A DNA stretch of 64,000 nucleotides from Hormiphora californensis (taxonomy: Eukaryota > Animalia > Ctenophora), in contig CM035356.1 in NCBI GenBank assembly GCA_020137815.1, positions 6,634,001-6,698,000 of the forward strand, in the 5' to 3' direction. Position numbers and translations under genes: made by a program. Positions 1-11,692 of the stretch are shown in pieces (the stretch's first letter is position 1; each line of letters opens with the position of its first letter). A model generated the notes under the pieces. It was not told where the DNA came from. It made no database searches and saw only the letters and a list, made by a program, of their open reading frames with translations.

Positions 1-238
<238 letters not shown>

Positions 239-373
239 TTTGTAGAGTGGCTATTACCGTGTAGTGTATGACAGCATGTTTCTAGTTTTCGTTACAGTTT
301 GATCAATTTCATATCTTTCTTCGGAAAATTGCATGGTTACTTGGTGTATTCCACCAGGACACGGCGAGATAAA

Positions 374-521
374 GTCCTTTTTTTTCAACTGTTCCCCCAA
401 AAACTGAAATTTCATGAAATTTAGAATTTTTGCGGCGGGCGCTACACGTTAACATGTGGTAAACGCACAAAACAATTCCGTGCACGACTTTGGGGGGTGA
501 ACAGTTGAAAAAAATGGAGTA
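374..521. mobile_element. Short MITE; second copy at ~37835-37985
   Basis: Inverted ends ...ttttttcaactgttc / gaacagttgaaaaaaatggagta; near-identical copy at 37835-37985. Confidence 0.7.
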
Positions 522-1021
522 TATTCACGGATCACAATCGATACAATAGTACCTGACTGGTCACAGTGAGCCGCACACTTATCTCCAGTACCGTTTGATA
601 GTTAAAATGAGAAGACAGCTTCTTCGTATTATACTTCTAGATAATATGATTCGTGGAATATCATAATGAAATATCGGAGATAGCATAGTCAAAGGCAAAG
701 CCTGTTGTAGTTCCTGGCCACTCCTCTATCTTCCCCTCTCTCTCTTTCTTTTCCTGTCTACCTCCCCATCTCTCTTCTTTTCCTGTGACCTATCTCACTT
801 CTCACTGAAAGAAATGACTATTCAATATTTCTCATACCGGTTCAATATTAGATATTGCATGCCTGTATAACAATCCATAGCTTGTTTTGCTAGCTACAGT
901 TTTTGATCGCCTAAATATAATGTTAATGTGTCTGTTTTTTGAGGTAGATTTACTTCTAGCCCTCTTGTTAGATATCTTCAAATCCCCTCTCTTTTTCCCC
1001 ATGACAGCATCATAAAAAGGC

Positions 1022-4000
1022 ATGACTGGGTGCAGTCCAACAAGAGAGGTTCTGGCCACACGAATGTTTCCACTTTGCTCCCAGTCAATAACTGTAATTC
1101 TCATTTGGGTAGGTCTTTTTGCAGGAACCGACCGACAAAGTAAACAACCAACGCATTATTTAGGTCACGTGACTGGTTATCAGCCAATCAGGGACCAGCA
1201 TTTCCTGATTCGGTCGATTCCTGTCTTTTTGCTTAGAACTTTATTATCAACAGTAAACACCGCCGAATTTAGAACTGCATGGCGGATACGCAAACCAACA
1301 ATTTCTATTTCCATCCTTTGGAGACGAAAAGCTCCCTGTCGTTAACAAGTGTATCAGGGAGTTTGTTACTGTTGTTAACTATGACACGGTGCACCAGAAG
1401 AGTCGTCAGCCAAAACTAAAAAATGCTCAAAAAACGACTTGGGAGTCACCCAGGTTCAGGAAAGTCTCCTGGATCACACCCAAGTGGATTTTTTTTTTAT
1501 TTTTTAGTTTGGGTTGATGGCCCCGGTCGATGACTCTTCTGATGATGATGCACCCTTTCAGGTTTTCAACTTGATGGCCTTGAAGGTATTGACGACCCGA
1601 GAAAAGACTCGAAATGTCAACAACCTGTTTTACATAAACCTAGCTATTTGTGACATGCTAGTCGGTCTCACAACAGGTGAGAGATACTACAGATATTGTT
1701 AAGTTAAGAACAAGATATATATGATGTACAAAGTAATACAAAATATAATAATTGTTTACTTAAGTTTCATGCGTTCACAATCGTCAGAACGTAGGTAGTT
1801 TTTGTAGGGAGGATGATATTTTTAGTGGTCCGCGGGGAGTGATCCTTTCTAAACTAAGTTCTTTATTACTTGGTCTTTGTCCCTGACCCTGCAAGTTTGA
1901 ACTTATATCCCACTGTTATACAAGTTCTATATATATTTTCAAACAGGTCCCACGACGTTTATAGTTCAGATCTGTAACTCCTGGATTTTCGGTCAAACAA
2001 TGTGTGAAGTTGTCGCCGCGACAGATAACATTCTCATTATATCAGGTGAACATTTGATGACGTCACATATTGGTAGTCATGGTGATATTGTTATGACGTC
2101 ACATATTGGTAGTCATGGTGATATTGTTATGACGTCACATATTGGTAGTCATGGTGATATTGTTATGACGTCACATATTGGTAGTCATGGTGATATTGTT
2201 ATGACGTCACATATTGGTAGTCATGGTGATATTGTTATGACGTCACATATTGGTAGTCATGGTGACATTGTTATGACGTCACATGAAGATATTGCAGTGC
2301 AGTTACCATGGCGATATTGGTCAAATGGTCGCCATAGTGATACTGTCATACACTGGTGTTGACGTAAATTCAATATCGTGTCAAATATTAGTCCATAAAT
2401 ATATGCCAATAGGCAATAATAATTGATTAAGTACAGTCGCAGTCGGATCCTGATTTACCAAGATGCTCGGAGCAAAGCGTTTTATCCGGTAAATCGGGGC
2501 ACGCGGTGACAGTATTATTATTGCACAACTCCTAGGAACGTGGACTCTTGCTGCCAGTTCAATTGACCGATGCCTTGCCATTCTCTTCTCCTTCTGGCAT
2601 CGATGTCAAATCACTGGACCTGTAGTCAAAGTAGTAAGTGTATTTCATATAATTTTCTTCAAGTTGTTGTACCGCGGGCCGTTACAAAAACCAAGAAATA
2701 TTACTACTCAACTTTCCAAGCATTGTATTACAGCTGCTCCTAACACACTCCCTACCTTACAGTGGATAATGTTGGTTTGGGGTATCGCTATATCGGTATC
2801 TGTCCCACCCTTCTTCGGGTGGGGCGTCTACCAGGAGAGCATGCACTCATTCGGCTGTGGTATGGGCACCAAGGACAGGTGAGAACTGTCAGAGCATTGG
2901 CCTGACAGGGTGTGTGTGTGTTTTGCACCTCCCAGGGTGAGAAAGAAAGAAGGTTTTCTATAAATAGGCATGTGGTTGTTAGATTTAGTATAGCCAGTAA
3001 AGTGGTAAACTCGAGGATAAATCCAGACCTATTTATAGTAGGTGCTATTACAGGTGGGGGAAGTGGTTATCACATTTAGCATGGTTTAATAGTGACTACA
3101 TGATAGATTGATTTTATCCTCATTTATTTCCTCTAGGTACTATTTCCTGGTGGTATTACTGATGGCCCTCCTTGTCCCCATGGCAATTGTCGTGGTATCA
3201 TACTCCCTCATCCTCTATAAAGTTGTTCCCTCTCTAAAGAGAAGACACAGGTAACTATAATCATGAGCCCCAACACCGGGGATTTAACAAAATTGGAAAC
3301 TTTATCGATCTATTTTGTAGAGAATAAAATTGAATTAATTAACTAATTGAAATGTTTTTACACGTTTTCAGAATGGCTGGTAAGACTCGTGGTGGAGCAA
3401 TGAGAGACAGATCAGGTGATCTCAGCTCCTCCGACCCTAGGAGCACGGTGGACCTTGAAGATGTTAAACATGTTTGTTAATTACCCGTTAATTAAATTCA
3501 ATAAATTTATACTATAGTTTAAAAAGTAACGTTCAAGTGGTGCAAAATTGCTCCTTCATAAATAAATATATCTCATCCCCTTGCAGGTGTCACAAAAGAA
3601 TCATGGAGTTTTAAATACAGTGGGAAGTGCAACAACAACAATAGAAAGTGGTGGAGGGGTGGCTGATGGAACGGGGCCCTCTAATGATATCATCTCACTG
3701 CGAAGTGACTCAAGGTTAGGAGCTGCTGCAGTTATACACAGTCCTAATGATGAAAGCATGCTCCTTCATAAACACTTATTTGTTCAATTGTTTGCTCCTT
3801 CATAAAACATTCCGTCATGTAACATTACATTCTCCCCCAGGTTGTGCCGTATGTCCAGTATCTCCAAGATGTGTATGATGCGAAGAAGCAGCAGGGTGGC
3901 GGGTGGGAAGAGTGTGATTGGCAGTCGGTGCAGGGATGCAGGGAAGATCCTTGCCTCTCGGATGGCCCTCCGAACCCTTGTGATTGTGGGGGTCTTTCTG

Positions 4001-4950
4001 GTGTGTACAGGGCCAATGTTCATTACTGGATTTATATTCTGGGTACGTACTAGAGCATTTTCTTATTTTATTGATAAATTGCTACCTAATCAACAAACTA
4101 CATTACATTTAAACGCGTTACTACTAAACTACGTTAAGTGTTTTGGTGCACAATGTACATACTGTACTTGCTCTGCTACTGCCTGCAGCATAATAATGGT
4201 CTGAAATTGCTAAATAACTAGATAGCTAAACAACTAGATAGCTAACTATAAAGATGTTCAAATATTTCACCCAGTATTGAAAAATAACTAGATACACGTT
4301 AAACTACTTCCCTGAATTCAGCAACTTGCAAAAATACAAATTCTAATACTTTCTCACCAGTAAACATGGTAACTCTTACTAGTTGAAACATATAATATAG
4401 TAACCCGGCTCAGTAACTCTCACTAGTCAACATAGTAACCCCTCAGTAACTCTCACTAGTTGAAACATATTATATAGTAACCCTCAGTAACTCTTTCTTC
4501 CCCTACACAGTTGTATGATGCGGTTGATATACCTGAGGGACGCTCAAAACCCAGTATTGATATTTCAGAGGAGGTAGGTTAATAATTTTATCAGTACACG
4601 CTGGTAAGCAACAGTGCTCCTTTACAAAATTTTTTTTTCGGGCGGGTTTGTCATCAATGGCAAGCCCACCCGAAAAATATTTTATAAAGGAGCACTGTTG
4701 AGCAATGGCGCGCCACTAGAATGAACTGATCAGTCCATGCTTGAGGTGCACTTGAGTGGGTGCGCTATAATAGTTATCAATAATAATCATATAATTTCAG
4801 GTGAGTCAAGTGATGCATTGGATGGTATTTCTAAACAGTCTACTGAACCCCCTCGTGTACGGCCTGATGGACCGGAACATTAGGGAAACTTACTTCAGAT
4901 TGTGCTGCTGTTTCACCGGCAGTCGGAATCGGGATCTTAGTTCAAAGTGA
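1022..4950 (+). CDS. Rhodopsin-like (class A) GPCR, about 11 exons
   Basis: Exons ~1022-1108, 1562-1677, 1948-2045, 2536-2633, 2763-2878, 3138-3250, two ICL3 exons, 3842-4042, 4511-4573, 4801-4950. Motifs: NLAICD (TM2), WIFGQTMCE, SIDRC (TM3), PPFFGWG (TM4), FLVCTGP (TM6), NSLLNPLVY (TM7). Confidence 0.9.
1122..1223 (+). mobile_element. hAT-type MITE (family A), internally deleted copy
   Basis: TIR caggaaccgaccga; 8-bp TSD tctttttg on both sides. Confidence 0.85.
2056..2295. repeat. 39-bp intronic minisatellite, about 6 copies
   Basis: Unit atgacgtcacatattggtagtcatggtgatattgtt. Confidence 0.95.
4610..4701. mobile_element. Short palindromic MITE in GPCR intron
   Basis: caacagtgctccttta...taaaggagcactgttg fold-back. 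Confidence 0.6.
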
Positions 4951-5199
4951 TACATAGTTCCTGTAATATATTGGTTCTGCAATCAACCTCTGACATTATG
5001 AAGTAAAGCACATTATAGATCTACTGATAGTTGGTCTATGAGAGGACTATAATAGAGGGATATAGAGCCAGCCTCAACGCGATTGAAGACGAAGAAGAAG
5101 ATGATATATGGACAGTATGACAGAGAAAGAATATGTGACAGAGAGAATGAGAGTCAGTAATGTTGAGAGAGAAAGATAGTCAGGGAGAGAGAGAAAGAG

Positions 5200-5234
<35 letters not shown>

Positions 5235-5373
5235 AGATGGTCAGCTGAATTTAGACCATACTGAACTTTGTTTATGTTCAATGAACCCCCTGTGACTGAT
5301 AGGAAAAATATATGAGCTTATTAAAATTAAAAAGATTTAAAAAGTGTGAAATTTATGTGTGCGAAAAGGGTTA

Positions 5374-5705
5374 AAATGGGAGATTCAATGCAACCAGCCA
5401 ATCTTTTCATCAATGTGACCCTTATGATGCCACCACTGAGTTTTGTAACATGCTCCCTGAGGTGGAAGACGGTCATTTCCGGGTTGGTGTGGTTGCCTGT
5501 AATTTCAACCTGAAGTTAAAATTTAAATTCGAATTTAAAAGAAATTGAGACAAAATTAAGGGCTTCCTTGGAACTTAAATTTGGTACTTAACTCAAACCC
5601 GGAAATGACCGTCTTCCGCCTCGCATGTTTCAAAACTCATTGGTGACACCATAATGGACACATTGGTGAAGATATTGGTTGGTCGCATTGAAATCCCTAT
5701 TTGAG
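5374..5705. mobile_element. Degenerate fold-back MITE
   Basis: Arms ggaagacggtcatttccggg / cccggaaatgaccgtcttcc and ttcaatgcaaccagccaat / attggttggtcgcattgaa. Confidence 0.6.
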
Positions 5706-6187
5706 CCTATTTTCAAACTTCCCTCCCTTAACTATGTATGTAAGTATCGTTTGTGTTAATATATATAATATCTTATTTAAATTAAATTCCCCACCATAAC
5801 ACAAAACTTGTTTAAAACCAAACCAATATGAAGTTGTCTGAAAACATTTAGAGAACAGTAAAACAGTTTTTACTAAAACCCCTGTCTCGCCCCCCCCCCC
5901 AACTGTTTAGTGTCCAATTAAAGAAGGTGCCAGCTGCCACTAATAGGCTATTCTCTCTACAAGGGATTATTATAATAGGGGCAGAAAGCGTTGCAGTACT
6001 GAGTAAGCATTTGAGCTAAACAGGATCACATGACATCTGTCACGTGATCTGCCTCGCAAGAACGCCATTGGCCAGTCAAAATGATTCTGTCCCCCGACAG
6101 AAGAGAGAGAGATGCAGTGAAAAGTTTCAAGCGCTTCCGAAAGATTTCTCTCTTTAGCTCTCACTCTCGCTCTCTCTCTCTCTCTCG

Positions 6188-6221
<34 letters not shown>

Positions 6222-6440
6222 TTCTCTCTCTCACCCTCTATCTCACCCCTTCTCTCTCACCCTCCCAAAGAGTTATAGTTATACAGTTATGGATCAGCAA
6301 AGAGGGAGGGAGTTCAACCATTGGCTGCGCTTCCTTGTCATGTGATTTCCCTCTCTCGAGATGATCTCTACTCACCACAGGGATCACATGACCCCCCTTC
6401 TTCTTCTTCCCGGCCCTTGACTAGGTAACCATGGCGCGAG

Positions 6441-6473
<33 letters not shown>

Positions 6474-6597
6474 CTAAATTTGCTGCATCTCAGTTTACTA
6501 CTCCCAATATTTAATCAGTTTTTCGATTTCCTCCACCATTTCTCCTACTTCCCTTGACTAGTTTGTTGCTCTGCACCGAGGATCGCTGAACATAACT

Positions 6598-9180
6598 ATG
6601 ATCCATGACTACCCTAGTTCAACTATAACTGGTCGAGGCGGCCCCACCGGGGGGACCGATACCAACAGTTTTATACCGGTGTGTCCCGGAACTGGTCCAG
6701 TTGCAAGTGAACCATCATCCCAGTACTTCAGTCTACCTAGTTTCGGGTAGGTATAGTCCACATATGATATATAACCTTGTAATTTGGTAACTTAACTTAT
6801 ATATATAATCGTGGCGGCGCTTGGTAACACTATAAAACTAGTGCATTTATATGGTTTTCACCATTTGTCCATGTAACTATATAGCACTCCCCCACCATCT
6901 GCATCTGTTACAGTGGCGCACTTTCTCACAGTGTAACTACATCACAGTGTAACTACAGTGTAACCAGTGGTTACCACTGGTTACTAACCACTCTCCCCTC
7001 GTATAGTAGTTACATGTCGTGTACTGTCTAACTATAGTATAGTGGTAGTTGTCTTGTTTGACCCTGTCTCACCATGAATTAAATGATTTTACAACATGCC
7101 ATTTATACCAGGAACCGACCGAATCAGGAAATACTGGTCCCTGATTGGCTGATAACCAGTCACGTGACCTAAATAACGAGTTCTGATTGGTTGTTTACTT
7201 GTTTCGGTCGGTTCCTGATTTATACCACAATGTTTCTCTACAGATTTTCCTGGCCCTTTGTCGACAGTACCACAGGGAGTGGCAGTCAGGTGGATGATGT
7301 TAAGTATCATGCCGTTGGGTTTGTCCGTCCCTTCCCTCGATCTACATCAACCGCTTATAACATCAAAGGTTAGTAATAATCATCCCCCCCCCCCAACTCC
7401 ATTAATGACACCCTTCCCAATCCCTTCCTTCAGTTGAGTGGTCACCACCACCCCCAGCGTCACCCCAACTCCCAGCTATTGAATCACACCCACCATTCCC
7501 CCTTGATCTCACAGTTACAACATTGAATGACACCCTTCCCTTCCTTCAGTTGAGAGATCACCACCACCACCACCATCCCCTATAATACTAAATCACACCC
7601 TTCAGTTGAGAGATCACCACCACCATGCCCCACCCACCCCCTATAATACTAAACCCCTTCCCTCCCTTCAGTTGAGAGATCACCACCATCCCCCACCCGC
7701 CCCCTAGAATACTAAACCCCTCCCTTCCTTCAGTTGAGAGATCACCACCACCCCCAGTATCACACCCCAACTCCCATGGATCTACATTGAATGAAACCAT
7801 TCCCCTTTACAGTTTCCAACCCCTCCCCTCTTTTAGTTGAGCGATCTCCACCGCCCCGCCCCCTGGCCCCTCTTAATTCTTATACTAAACCCCTCCCTTC
7901 AGTTGAGCGATCACCACCACCCCCAGTATCAGCAGGATGTGTATCCAGCAGGGCGTGCTCCACCATCAACAACATTACCAGTACCACAGGAGCAGGGACC
8001 ACGGATAGAAAAACTGTAGCTGCTATTACCAAGGTAACATATCGAGTATCGGCTTTTTATTTGTTTGATCAGCTAATTGACTGAATTCTGAACCTTTCTG
8101 AAAAATTCACTAGTTTTAACTAATGATCCCTCTCTTCTGTACAGGAGCCGGTGGCGTTACTGAATTCCTGCAAGAAGAATAGGAAGCAATACCGGAAAGC
8201 TCGGACTCTTTTCTCACCTCTCCAGTTGGAACGGCTGGAAAGCGAGTTTCAGGTACTAATTAGTTATTTTAATTAGCTGTATTTTATGTTCGATCCTCTC
8301 TCTCCGGCGTTCGCGCCCGAATGTAAAGGATGGTTAGAACAATGTTTAATTTGAATAGACACTTTATATTAGCCTCGATCTAAATACAACTAGAAGCCAA
8401 ATTCTTGATAATATCGTACATTCCTTAGAAAAACAAGTATCTCTCTACCTGGGATCGGGAGAAGCTGGCACGATACCTCCAGATCACAGACACACAGGTA
8501 GCAAGTAACATAGCCATTTATAATTACCCCTCTTACCTCGAGTGCGTACTGCGTAGGGTCCCCAATTACAGGGGTTCACGCCCATGGCACTCTTATTCCT
8601 TATTCCCAATGAACAAAATATGTTATATTATTTGGGTGCGTTAGGGACTGCACTTTCACTAACTGTGATCTGCCCCCTCAGGTTAAAACTTGGTTCCAAA
8701 ACCGAAGGAAAAAGTGGAAGAGGCTCAACGGTCACATCGATCTAGGTAAGAACAAAGCTGCCCCTCCCCCCCCCCCCATTTACCTAAACTTACAAAGCTG
8801 CTCGTATAAAATTGTGTTCAACAAACCATGTATCAGTCAAATACCGTATTAGACGAGGCGCAAGCTATAGGCTGGCTCACAATTCTCATTCCAATTAAAC
8901 CACTAACCTCTTCAGCTACCATTGTTCAAACCACTAACCTCCCTGTTCTTCAGCTGGCCTGCAAGGCTACCGAAGCAAGATCTACGGTAGTGCCTCATCT
9001 GGCCTACCTGACCCATCCCAACGAGCCTCAGTGGGATTATTGGACACCAGCCAGCGATTCAAACAGGGAATCTGCTCGCCGACCTTTGTGAACCCTGCCC
9101 ACTTTGGGGACCACCACGCGGCTGCTGCGGTGGTTACTAGTGGTCACCATGACAACCTACTCTTCCTTCAAAACACCTGA
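6598..9180 (+). CDS. ANTP-class NKL homeobox transcription factor (BarH/Bsx-like), 7 exons
   Basis: Homeodomain YRKARTLFSPLQLERLESEFQ|KNKYLSTWDREKLARYLQITDTQ|VKTWFQNRRKKWKR from exons 8145-8252, 8429-8497, 8682-8745; other exons ~6598-6746, 7244-7368, 7903-8033, 8954-9180. Confidence 0.9.
7109..7217 (-). mobile_element. hAT-type MITE (family A), 109 bp
   Basis: TIRs; 8-bp TSD atttatac. Confidence 0.9.
7405..7930 (+). repeat. Degenerate tandem repeat of a splice acceptor plus exon start
   Basis: About 6-7 copies of ccttccttcagttgag(a/c)gatcaccacc; the last copy is the inferred acceptor of homeobox exon 3. Confidence 0.8.
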
Positions 9181-10149
9181 GAGAGTTGAGGGGCTACTGG
9201 TCACCATGACAACACCTGAGAGGACTGAGGGACTGATAGAATATATCATGCTGTGCAATGTGGACTCTGGAGTATACCTGGAGTGTGCGATTCACCCAGT
9301 GAAGGGTGTGGTGATGGTTCATGGTGTTGCTGGCAGCGAGACAGTCTCTCTCTCTGCCTAAATGTGCTGCTGCCTTTTCTCCTACTGCCATTAATCAATA
9401 TACAGGTACTTGCTGACATTAGGTGACATACGTCGTAACAAATCCACTGACAAAGTGACATTAATATATTATGTGACACTGACACTGACTACTATACAAT
9501 TATAATGGGGTCCCTAAATTGTGACTTGTCACCATAGTCTTGTAGAGTAGTACGTGTCACCACATGGCGATAGTCCGTGATGTACCTAAACAGGTACATG
9601 GTTCCCAGCCTGAACATGTGTTTCCCGCGAGAACTGCTGCAGCTCCCAGCTGCTAACCCTCTGTTTCCTGCGACCTAAACCATGCTGCCAAGAACCTAAA
9701 CTATACCGACAAGAACCTGTATCCGCTGGTGTAGGACACTATAATGGACTAGGATAATTATTGTCTTTCTCCTCTTTCCTTCTCTCTTTCTCTCGCAGTA
9801 CTATTTTTTAAACCTTCAGTTACATTATAATGAATGTGCTGAAAGCTGAATCCATTGAATACGCATATTTTGTTTTGTGTATCGCCCAAAATGTTGTTTA
9901 ATTTATTATTCAATTCCCAACTCGTCAGACCTTGCGTATTAATTATTACTAGCAAAACTGGGGCGATCGTACCGATGGCAAATCGAGGGGTCTGTTCGGG
10001 TATGTTTCTATGTTTTTCTCTCTGCCTGTCTGCTATATGCTATGTGATGTGATCCCTCTCTTTTTCTCTCTTTCTCTCCCTTTTATACATGTGATGTGAC
10101 CCCTCCAGTCGCAAGCAGTTCTCAACACGTGTGATACGTGATACCTACG

Positions 10150-10234
10150 AATCACGTCGTCACACTGACGGATCACGTCGTCACACTGACGGATCACGTC
10201 GTCACACTGACGTATCACGTCGTCACACTGACGA
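10150..10234. repeat. 21-bp tandem repeat
   Basis: atcacgtcgtcacactgacgg x4. Confidence 0.9.
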
Positions 10235-10389
10235 TAGGGTGTCACATTTCCGTGCAAATTTGCATTAGATATAGTTAGATAACAAATAAATAAGTTTTTG
10301 AAGAGACTTTCTTTCTAGTTGACAAGTGGGGAAGGGTCGCCGTCGAAAAGGGTTTGGGGCACCGGATAACGAGTCGTGATTTCTTATTA

Positions 10390-11219
10390 CAGTCGGACCC
10401 CGATTTAACGGCACCCTCGGGGGAAAGGGTTATGTCCGTTAAATCGGGGTGTCCGTTAAATCGGGGTAGGGCATATTTGGCCCATAAAATCCTATTTTTG
10501 TCCAAAATGCTCTACTAAAACACCTCTAAGTGTTAAATGCAATGTCCATGTATTGATTACATGATCATTTCTGATTAGAAAAAGAAAATAATTTTTTTTA
10601 AATCAAAAAAAGTAATAAAAATTTTCTAAGGTACAACCAAGTCCAAATCGTTTATCGAACCAGTGCATCTTATCGCATGTCTTGCTGCTAATTAGACGGT
10701 TCGAAACGAACCGATACGTGATACCATGCCGAATCTGGGCACTTTAAGCGGGGTGAGGAAGAATTCGAATTTCAAAATATATTTTCCTCTGAAAATTCAT
10801 GGGGAGCACCGATCAAAGCAATCATTCTTATCTGTAGAATTTTGCAAAAAAAGTTATGAAATATATAAACCACGTCCGAACCATGTTTCGAATCAATGCA
10901 TCTTATCGCACGTCCTGTCGTTAATTAGACGGTTCGAAACTAACCGATACGTGATCCCCATGGGGCCAGTTTAACAAGCGTCAAAATTGCGACTCCATGG
11001 GCCTCATGGGGATCACATATCTGTTCGTTTCGAACCGTCTAATTACCGGCAAGACATGCAATAAGGTGCACCGATTCGAAACACGATTCGGACGTGATTA
11101 CACCTTTGAAAAATTTCAAAAAAATTCCAAAAAATTCCAAAAAATTTTTGGGGGAAATTTATCCTGCCGTTAAATCGGGGTGCCGCTAAATCGGGGGCCG
11201 TTAAATCGGGGTCCGACTG
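10390..11219. mobile_element. Non-autonomous Tc1/pogo-like DNA transposon (family B)
   Basis: TA|cagtcggaccccgattta ... taaatcggggtccgactg|TA; subterminal taaatcgggg repeats. Confidence 0.9.
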
Positions 11220-11475
11220 TAGTTTTCCTTCTAGGAGCACATATTTATGATCAGATAAGGATAGTTTTCACCATAAAATCCTTTGTTGGCACAATTCCTT
11301 GTTATGTTCTAACCCTTGGGGCTCGCGAAACAGAGTCTATAACTAGGCAAACAATTCCAATTTGTCGGTATGGTTTACCAATATATTTTATAGTACTTCG
11401 TACCAGTCATTAAAGTTTCGTCGAAGAGCCCCTGTACTGTTTCAATTTGTCCTGTCTAGACTGTCTCACGTAGTA

Positions 11476-11573
11476 CAGTCGGACCCCGATTTAGTGGCAT
11501 CCTCGGGGGAAAAAATCCTGTCACTAAATCGGGGTGCCACTAAATCGGGGGCCACTAAATCGGGGTCCGACTG
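11476..11573. mobile_element. Short family-B MITE
   Basis: Same TIR and TA TSD as 10390-11219. Confidence 0.9.
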
Positions 11574-11692
11574 TACATATATATGCAGGTTCTATACAGA
11601 GATTACACAAGGATTATGCAAGGAAATTAATATGAAATGAGCCATTGATAAATGTTCCATATTGTTCCATATTGTTCCATATTGTTCCATTG

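Noticed and set aside
1122-1223. Family-A MITE as an intron-creating introner
   Set aside because: All copies lie inside larger introns or intergenic/UTR DNA; none coincides with intron boundaries
2000-2362. ORF with (MTSHIGSHGDIV)n repeats
   Set aside because: Read-through from a GPCR exon into an intronic 39-bp minisatellite
4801-4870. Opsin call for the GPCR
   Set aside because: No Schiff-base lysine in TM7
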